DNA of 64,000 nt from the human T2T-CHM13v2.0 reference genome, Homo sapiens, in the NCBI RefSeq assembly GCF_009914755.1, contig NC_060927.1; one strand, 5' to 3'. Both the position numbers and the translations under genes were made by a program. The notes beneath the pieces were generated by a model. That model was not told where the DNA came from. It saw nothing but the letters and a program-made list of their open reading frames with translations, and searched no databases. Shown in pieces: positions 54,810-64,000 of this stretch (positions within the stretch are counted from its first letter, which is position 1; each line of letters begins with the position of its first letter).

Positions 54810-56330
54810 TACCTGAATGTCTTATAATACTCATTCATTCACAGGGTTTCACTCCAGTATAGGTTTTCTGATGGCCATTGAGGTATGCACTCTGAAAGCT
54901 TTGCCACATTCATCACATTGGTAGGATTTCTGTTCCATCCTAATGTATAGCCAGACTGGAGGACATAGGAGGATTCCCCAAATCCCTTCCTCACATTTAT
55001 CTTTTGTAGGTTTGAAACAATCTTTGTGTGTTATTCAATAAACTACTTCTAGTCAGCTCCTTTCTTCATTCAAGGGTAATTCTTCTAACTTCTTGAAAGT
55101 GTCTTCACAGGTATCTCTAGTCTCTGGTTTCCCAGTGAATCAACACATAGAACCCTCTTACTAGCTGGGGGCATGATGGTATTCATCTGTAGTCCCAGCT
55201 GCTTGGGAGGCTGAGGCAGGAGGATCGCTGGAGCCCAGGAGTTCAAGGCTGCACTGAGCTATGATTGTGCCACTATGACAGAGTGAGACCTCATATCTCT
55301 TAAAAGAAAGAAAGAATCCTCTTGATGTTCCATCAGATAAATCCTTTAAAAATTTCTTGCTTCATAATCAAGTCTATTCTGTTCTCATCTGCTGTCAAAA
55401 GTAAGCAGAAAACAGTTTTACTCATTTTTTTTTGTCTTGTGGAAACAGTATCATCAAGAGACCTTAAAAAAAAAAAGTCAGATTATGGGTGTAGAAGGAG
55501 ATGACATATTTAGAACAAGAGTGAAGTGTTAGTAGCTCAATTTTTTCTCCATGGGCAGGAAAAAAAGAGGGAGAGAAGTTTATCGGTGGAAGGTAAAAGA
55601 AGATATCAGGGACAAACAGATACTGAGCCATCACAACGAAGTTAGAAGGCCAACTGGAGGGCAAGTGACAAGTTTACAAAGGATGATGTGGTCTTACAGA
55701 GGTAAGATCTTTAGTAAAATGATGAACTGTAGATTCATTTCCAACCATAACATTGTATGGTTCCATAGTTCTCTGAAAAGATGTTGCAGAGAGAGGGATA
55801 GCAAACATCTCAAGTCAAATACAGAAGGCAGAGTAATTATGGTCATGATTACTAAACATGAATATGTTGGTTCCTTTTAATTATCCTGCAGAGTGTGGCC
55901 TGAGGTCAAAGCTCTGCCCAAACAAAGACAATATTTAATGACTCTACCAATTGGAATCCCTTTCTAAGGAAATTCTGAATTGGAAGTAGGGCAGAAATGA
56001 GGAAATTAAGAACAGGAGCTGAAGCAGAAATTGTGGATGGAGAGAAGCCACATCATTAGGAGCCGCAGCAAGCAGTAAGCATGAAGGGACAGAAATTGTA
56101 ATAAGAAGGACTAATGAAAGGGACAGAAGATTCAGAGTGAAGAAGCTGGATAGTGGTGGGAAGTAAAGAAATAGAAAATAAATGCTGGGAGCAGCTGGGT
56201 TGTATTTACAGTGGAACACCGGCACAAAGATTCATTTACTTTTGCTGCTTTGGCTCCTGGACTACCCTGCATCAAGGCATAGTCTCCGGGAGGCCCAGTT
56301 TTCCACCATCTGGTCTAGCCTGTAGAGCTT
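54810..56330 (-). pseudogene. Unprocessed, decayed fragment paralogous to the ZKSCAN7 last intron and last exon (linker, finger 1 and start of finger 2)
   Basis: The reverse complement of 54894-54932 ([13 protein letters not shown]) matches 7984-8022 at 37 of 39 nt. The linker gagactagagatacctgtgaagacactttcaagaagttagaag matches ~7773-7815. The cagcag acceptor is conserved at 55394-55389. Intronic homology continues against ~6490-7650. Confidence 0.88.
55163..55311 (+). mobile_element. Alu monomer (FRAM/FLAM-like) inserted in the relic exon
   Basis: Flanked by agaaccctctt (~55149) and agaatcctctt (~55313). The relic linker sequence continues on both sides. Confidence 0.8.
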
Positions 56331-56619
56331 GCATCTCTTCCCACAGTGGTGAGAACTTTGAACTCACGATTCCCCTCTGGCTAAGATCCTCCATTTTCCT
56401 CATTAGTGTATAATTCAGGAAGACAAGATGTACTAAATAGCTCATTGTCTGTGTATCTGTGTAAAGGCCTATCTACTTAGAAAGAAGGTAAAGGACTGGC
56501 TTCTGGAGCCTCCTCTGGAAAAAGAAAATTAGTCTTCAACCAGACTAATAAATGGGTGTTCACAAAATTGGGCATTGTCAAATCCCCCAACCTTGTTTGA
56601 ATTTAAAAGATTGATTATA

Positions 56620-57135
56620 AGTTTAGGTTTTTCCAACAGCAGAGCCTGAGACAAGGATATAGGTGGAGTAGATTATTTTGAAGGTGATCTTAAGGAGCAA
56701 GAGGCAGTGAGCAGGAAGGATAAGACAGGGAAGGTCGAAAGCCAACAAAGAATGAGTAATTGAGCTGGATCCACTGTGGGCAACTGAGGCTCATTTTCAC
56801 TAGGGGCCCTCTAAGGGCCCATGTAGAACATAGCTCAGACTTTTCTTGTCAAAGGACAGGACGTTGGGGCATTTGTGTACCAATTCTTATTTATCATTCT
56901 TTCAGGTTTGCCTGAGGGGATGTTACTCTTATCCACTTCTTCCAGTTTGTGCCTAAGACCTGGCTGAACAGGCTTCTGAACTTCCAGAGGAAGCCTTCAA
57001 CAAAACAGCCTAAGATGTTATGGTGTATGCTTGAGACAGGACTCTGTCAGGATGGCTACATCCATTCTCCCACAGCTGCATGAAAATCATAGGTGGGCAG
57101 AGGTGACTGTGGTAGAGAATACAAAGAACATCTGT
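56620..57135. mobile_element. Old MaLR LTR (MLT1-like)
   Basis: cagagcctgagacaagga...agattattttgaaggtgatc...ccactgtgggcaactgaggctca. Confidence 0.6.
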
Positions 57136-58025
57136 TTTAGGTAATAAGCAGATGCTTCTTTTACTATGCTTTTAGCATCAAAGAATTTTAGTGTTTTAAA
57201 ATATTCCCTTTACCTGTGTGGTAACTACTTCCATTGTTTTCCAGTACCCAAAAGTAAAGTATCTGCAGAATATCTTGGACTGGGAAGGGCCTCAGTTACA
57301 TTTGTTCTACTCCCCAGACACCCAGACACCTCTAAGGCTAGGAGATACTAGACTGACTTTAGAATTACCACTTTTGGGCCTCTCTAGAGCAGAATGTATT
57401 CAAGAGTTATGACCTTCTATATAAAAGTCCATGTGGGTATAAGCCAAGATAGCAGGCCTCCCTGCCTCCCACCCCTAACGATTATCAAAGCCTTAGATGC
57501 ATTCCCAGTGAACACAACATATTAATGCTTCTCTGCATTCAAATTAGCATGAGTTGTCCAAGGCCCGACCACAGCTAAAGTATTCAGGAGGCTGAAGACA
57601 CTCTTCATGCTGGCTGTCCTGACTTTTCTCCCCCTTTTCCCTACCTGTGTCTTGCCTCAGTCTCCTGAATGATTTTCTTGCTTCTGGGTGTACAAAAGCC
57701 TAAATATAGTGGTGGAAACAGCATTTGCCTTGGATTTCAAAGCCTCACTGGTTATTAGGAAGGTATTTTAACAAATTACTTAAACTTACTCACCCTTAGT
57801 TTCAGTATCATCAAAACTGTCACAATATTATCTGTCTCAAAGGGTTCATGTAAGGAGTAAATGAAATTAACCATGTGAAAGGGGCTGACACATAGCAAGT
57901 AATTTTTATATGCTTTATTTTTTTTCTAATATTCTAGCTTTGCCTCACTCTTCTGGTTTGAACTCTATCTTAATTCAACTGAAATGTTCTGTGATTGCCA
58001 ATTATATACTGTTGAAAATTGAGTC

Positions 58026-58037
58026 TGTGTGTGTGTG

Positions 58038-58083
<46 letters not shown>
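58026..58083 (+). repeat. (TG)n microsatellite
   Basis: Long TG run with one interruption. Confidence 0.95.
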
Positions 58084-58085
<2 letters not shown>

Positions 58086-58831
58086 GGGGGTGGGATGCAG
58101 AAAGTGCAGCTGGGTAGATTTTGGCACTAGTAAAGACCTCTATCAGGGGTCAATGATCTTTTGATTCGTTGTAGCATCATCAGCCTAGTAATAGAGGGCT
58201 GGCCTAGAAACCAATTCGGAACAACCTGAGATTTTCATTTTCATCTAGCCCTTGAGAAAGGCTACAGAAAGACCAAAGCAGATCCCCCAGTATCCCACTT
58301 CCTTTCCTTTCCTGCTAGGGCCATAACAGCCCCTTTAGCCTTTCAGATTCTAAAGCTCCTGTCAAAGCCATAGGCACTCCAAGCTCAGGTCCTCTGATTT
58401 TGTGATCCCTCTACTCCTACCAATGACTATGTGCCTTTTACAGCCTCTCCAGGTAGGACTCCGATGAGGGTAAAAGGATAGGCAATGGGATTTCTACCTC
58501 CCTCCAAATTGCAAAGAATATGGCTGTTCTGTCTTCCCTCAAGCTTTCCAGTCTGGACTGGATTTACCCCTCTCTGCTCCCAGCATGATTGGCCTTTCAC
58601 AGGTGGCCTGTCCCCTTCTCCAACTTTCCGTTTGCTGTTACTCCCTCATTTCTACAAGATCCCTCTCTGAGGATGTAAAGATAAGGGGGTGAAGTTGTCC
58701 AAGACAGACATTCAGATCTGAAATGGATCCTTTTAAGTGACACTAGCCTAATCTAACCACTGTGGATGCCCTTCAGTGCCTAGAAAATCTTTAAATAACT
58801 AATGCCCTGAACTGTATTTGGAAGAATCCAT

Positions 58832-59625
58832 ATGTGATAGTTCATTTTACATGTTAACTTGAATGGGCCATAGTGTGCCCAGACATTTGGCTAAACATTA
58901 TTCTGAGTGTCTGTGGGGGTATCTCTGGATGAGATTAACATCTGAATCTGTAGACTGATTGCCCTCCTTAACATGAGTGAGCCTCATCCAAGCCATTGGA
59001 GATGTGAGTAGAAGGAAAAGACTGAGAGAGAATTTGCTCTTTCTGCCTGTCTTCTGGCTGGGACATTGGTCTTCTCCCACCTTTGGTGATATGGTTTAGA
59101 TTTCTGTCCCCGCCCAAATCTCATGTCAAACTGTAATTCCCAATGTTGGAGGTGGGGCCTGATGGGAGGTGATTGGATCATAGGGATGGCTTTACCCCTT
59201 GGCTCTGTGTTGAGATAGTGAGTGAGTCCTGGTTGTTTAAAAGTGTGTAGCACCTCCCTCCTCCCCCGACCCTTGGTCCTTCTGCTGCCACATAAGACAT
59301 CTGCTCCCACTTTGCCTTCCCCCATGAGTTCCCTGAGGCCTCCCCAGAGGCAGATGGTACCATGATTCCTGTACAGCCTGCAGAACTGTGAGCCAATTAA
59401 ACCTCTTTTCTTTATAAAGTTCCCAATCTCAGGCATTTCTTTATAGCAGTGCGAGAACAGACTAACACATTTGGATTCCGACTAGGACTCAGACTGGAAG
59501 TTACACCAGCAGCTTTTCTGCTTCTTAGGCCTATAGATCTTGGACTACAACTATACCTTCAGCTCTCCTGGGTCTTCAGATTGCATGTCTTGAGATTTCT
59601 TAGCCATATATATTATATACATATA
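58832..59625 (+). mobile_element. MLT2-like LTR with a nested MST-type LTR (~59087-59469)
   Basis: MLT2 wording flanks tgatatggtttagat...caattaaacctcttttc...gaacagactaacaca; ctttgg/catttgg is repeated at the junctions. Confidence 0.75.
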
Positions 59626-60659
59626 ATCCTTGGTCATAGGTCAATCACATTCCAATTTGCATTAAAAACAACTCTGGCAAAGTGGGGTTTTATAGAAAGA
59701 TGAGAAATACAAACTTTCCATTCAGACCGGGATTTCCATTTTAGTTGATCAGTAGTCTAAGATCTTAACCCATCTTGAAATGTCAGTCCTGTGCTTCCAG
59801 CCTCTTCTCATATGCCTATCTCAAACTCATTTATTTCTTGTTTGCTTAGTTTTTTTCACCAGTACATTTGGGGATTTTAAATACCAGGAATGTGTGTGTA
59901 TGTAAAACAAAGGCTATGTGTTGTATTATACCACTGTCCCAGAGCTCTGGCCCACTTTAAACAGGTTTTGTATAGTTCCACCTTGGTCAAAGATAGGGTG
60001 TTCCTTTCCTATCACCATCATTCCACAAGGTTACCAAGTCTTTCATCTTGGGACAGTGGTGAGGGTGCTTCAAGTTCTTTGTCAGATGGGCAGAATCTCA
60101 GGGCACAAACTGAGTGACAAAACTGAGGCTCTGGGCTGGCCACTGGCAACTGGTGGTTCTTACCAGCTGACAACTCTTTGGTTACATGCTTCCGGGCCAT
60201 TGCTTAGTAGGAGTGTGAATGATTACAGGCTCACTGGTCAGTGGTCCATAGTCTAGTTGGTCATTTTGGCTCCTCCCATTCCTTTCTTCTTTCCCAGCAA
60301 GGCAAGAATGTTTTTCACCTTACTAAAGGCTTCTAATGGCCTAACTCACTATCGTTTTTGTCACTTTTGTTTCCAGTCCCATAGTGTGTAACTCCTGTCT
60401 ACCTAGGTAGGGCAGGGGAGGAGAAGGGAGCCTTGGTTTACAAGTAAAATTATAATTTAGTGTGGGGGGAACAGCAATCACATTGATCAATATTTCAAAA
60501 TCTACTCATTCATACTTTGAGACCCATAAAGTACTATTTCCTTCTTCTCTTCCTACTTGATTGGCTGCTGCTTCTCAGTCTCCTTTGTTGGGTCCTCCTT
60601 ACCCTTTTTTATGTCATCCAAAGGACCACCAGGATGGCTAGATAGTAGAAAAGAAAGTT

Positions 60660-61999
<1,340 letters not shown>

Positions 62000-62479
62000 C
62001 TACAACCTATATGGCTTCAGCTTTGTACTAGGTGCTAAATACATGGGATCCATGCAGACATGGCCTTTGCCCTTTTGGAGACTTGTTTCAGCCATAGTCC
62101 CATATAGGGGTGTCAGTTCCAGAAGTCCAAACTTAAGAGACTGAAGACCAAAGAGAGGATCAGAGTGCCAGTTTCCTTTATATACACCTGACTTTACCCA
62201 GGGCGATGGACAGCTAGAATAACCTCTTCTTTCAGGGGAGAGATGTCCCTACCATTTGCACATTACCTTGCACCATCAACTTGATTATTATTTAATATCA
62301 TAGCTCCAATATGTCATCATGTGGGCAAGAGATACACCACAGTAAGCGAATTCACAAGAGGGTGATTTATAAGTCATGTTATTATTTATAGTGAGAATTG
62401 CATAAGTTCAAGAAGAGACCAGAAAAGTCACCTACCAGGTCATTCAGACGTGAAGGTCACTCCCTATCAACCTCAATTG

Positions 62480-63260
62480 AAATGCAAATCAAAATAGAAA
62501 TGTCCAACTCTCTTAGGAGGCAACAGGCATCCTGAGACCCTGGGTCCTGTCTTTCATCTCTGCACCCTTCCGGTCTGAAACAGCGGCCAGTTCTTGTTCG
62601 ATGTAAGGAACACTAGTACCCAAGGGCTCAGGAGTTCCGCCTCTCTTCCCCAGTTCTGGGAAAAGAAACGAACCATAGAGATGTGGCTTCCTAGAGATCC
62701 GGGATGAGGGGCGGGGTGCAACCGGAAGTCGCAGTATTCTCGGCTCGGCCATTATTCTGTGCCTCGGCTGCCGGAAGGGCTCGTTCCTGTGTCATCTCCT
62801 AGCGGCCTGGCGCCGAGGCGGCGGTACGCAAGGCTGGAGCCGCAGCGGGAGCCCCCGGTGAGCGGGGTGGGCTCGGGGGCGGGTGGGCGTGCAGGGAAGG
62901 CGGCCCGGGACGCGGGCCTGAGCTTGCTGGGACTGCACAGCCCTCGGTAGCCTCTCCCGGGCCCTGACCCCCGGCATGGTCCGTCGCCAGCTTCGTGTTG
63001 GGGTTCGACGTCGTGGCCTCGGCTGGGCAGGCAGCCGGCCCGAGGGAAGTACTGAGGACAGCAGCTCCGAGTCTGTGTGTGTTTGTGGACCGGTGCTCCT
63101 GTCTAACGGACTCTGCTGGCGCTTTGAGAAGAGCTGCCTCAGTAGCCTGCTCCCCCAGCTCAGGCCTTTCTGCTCTTCCTCAGTCTTGTCTGAGGCTAAT
63201 CCACAGAAACATTCTGAGGTTTCCCTATTACCGGTGGCGCCCAGACTCTTGAGGACGGAT
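62480..63260 (+). promoter_or_regulatory. ZNF197: CpG-island promoter and non-coding exon 1, probably ZNF197
   Basis: CpG-rich. GC box at 62708-62716, ETS/GABPA motif CCGGAAGT at 62722-62729, YY1-like CGGCCATT at ~62746, octamer ATGCAAAT at 62482, donor CCG|gtgagc after 62857. The gene name comes from known gene order only, because no CDS lies in the window. Confidence 0.7.
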
Positions 63261-63450
63261 TTTTTTGTTTGTTTGTTTTAAGGGGTGGAACGATTTTAGC
63301 TTTTTTAGTCTTTTAGTTTTGTAATATAATGGTATTTAAAAATCAAACTTGAAAAACTCAAACTTGAAACCACCCATACCAACATTACTTCAGGCAATAC
63401 ATTTTAACACAAAGTACTAAGACCGTAAACTCAGAATAAATGCTGGCCTT

Positions 63451-63456
63451 TGCGCG

Positions 63457-63494
<38 letters not shown>
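63451..63494 (+). repeat. (GC)n(AC)n alternating purine-pyrimidine microsatellite
   Basis: tgcgcgcgcgcgcgcacacaca... Confidence 0.95.
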
Positions 63495-63497
<3 letters not shown>

Positions 63498-64000
63498 ATT
63501 GGCAACCTGTCAGCGACGATTGTTACTGGTTTTCTCTTTTTGCAGCTTACCAGATTAAAGCTTTGTCGTGGACTGGTGTTTGGAAACTGTTGTTTTAGAA
63601 CAGTTTGGGTTGTTTGGGTTTCATAAGTTTCTTCGTAGATGGAATTGTTTTGGACTTCTGGAATTAGAATACCTGAATTCAGAATTTGCTCCCATGTCTC
63701 AGTTAACTAAGTGGCCTTGAGTGGATTCGCTCCTCTGATCCTTTTGTTTTTTTTAACTTCTGCTTTGAAAACCTTTTGTGAGAAGCTAATAAAATGTATG
63801 TTTAAGAATTTGTTATTTTTATGTTATTTGAAAATTATTCAAAATTCTTTTTAAAAATTCCTTTCCATCACCCCCAGATCAGTTACCAAGGACTACCAAG
63901 TTTTTCTCAATTGCCTTATCCCTACTTCGTTTAGAACTTAAGTCATGTGTTTAGACTATTAGAAAAACCTAACTGACCTTTCTTGATATCCAGCCCTCCC

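Overview
Primate (human-like) genomic DNA from a C2H2 zinc-finger gene cluster. From the translated sequences I recognise it as the ZKSCAN7 (ZNF167) - ZNF660 - ZNF197 region; this is recognition from memory, not a database search. The + strand carries the 3' coding exons of ZKSCAN7 (linker exons, a degenerate 127-nt KRAB-A exon and a 13-finger last exon), ZNF660 (CpG-island promoter at ~22.6 kb and a 10-finger, KRAB-less ORF), and a second CpG-island promoter with exon 1 at ~62.7 kb that is probably ZNF197. A full-length, intronless MPRIP processed pseudogene lies on the - strand (15017-19111) with a poly(A) tail and 16-bp target-site duplications. Most of the rest is Alu, L1 (a ~15-kb nested block), LTR and microsatellite DNA. 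The most notable items are: (1) a decayed, inverted, intron-containing duplicate of the ZKSCAN7 last intron and exon at ~54.8-56.3 kb, pointing away from the 62.7-kb promoter; (2) a candidate Alu-derived alternative last exon that would give a finger-less SCAN-KRAB ZKSCAN7; (3) a fossil KRAB-linker coding segment in the ZNF660 5' UTR; (4) a 379-codon open 5' ORF with a CpG-dense leader in the MPRIP retrocopy, head-to-head with the ZNF660 promoter. Repeat boundaries and subfamily names are approximate.
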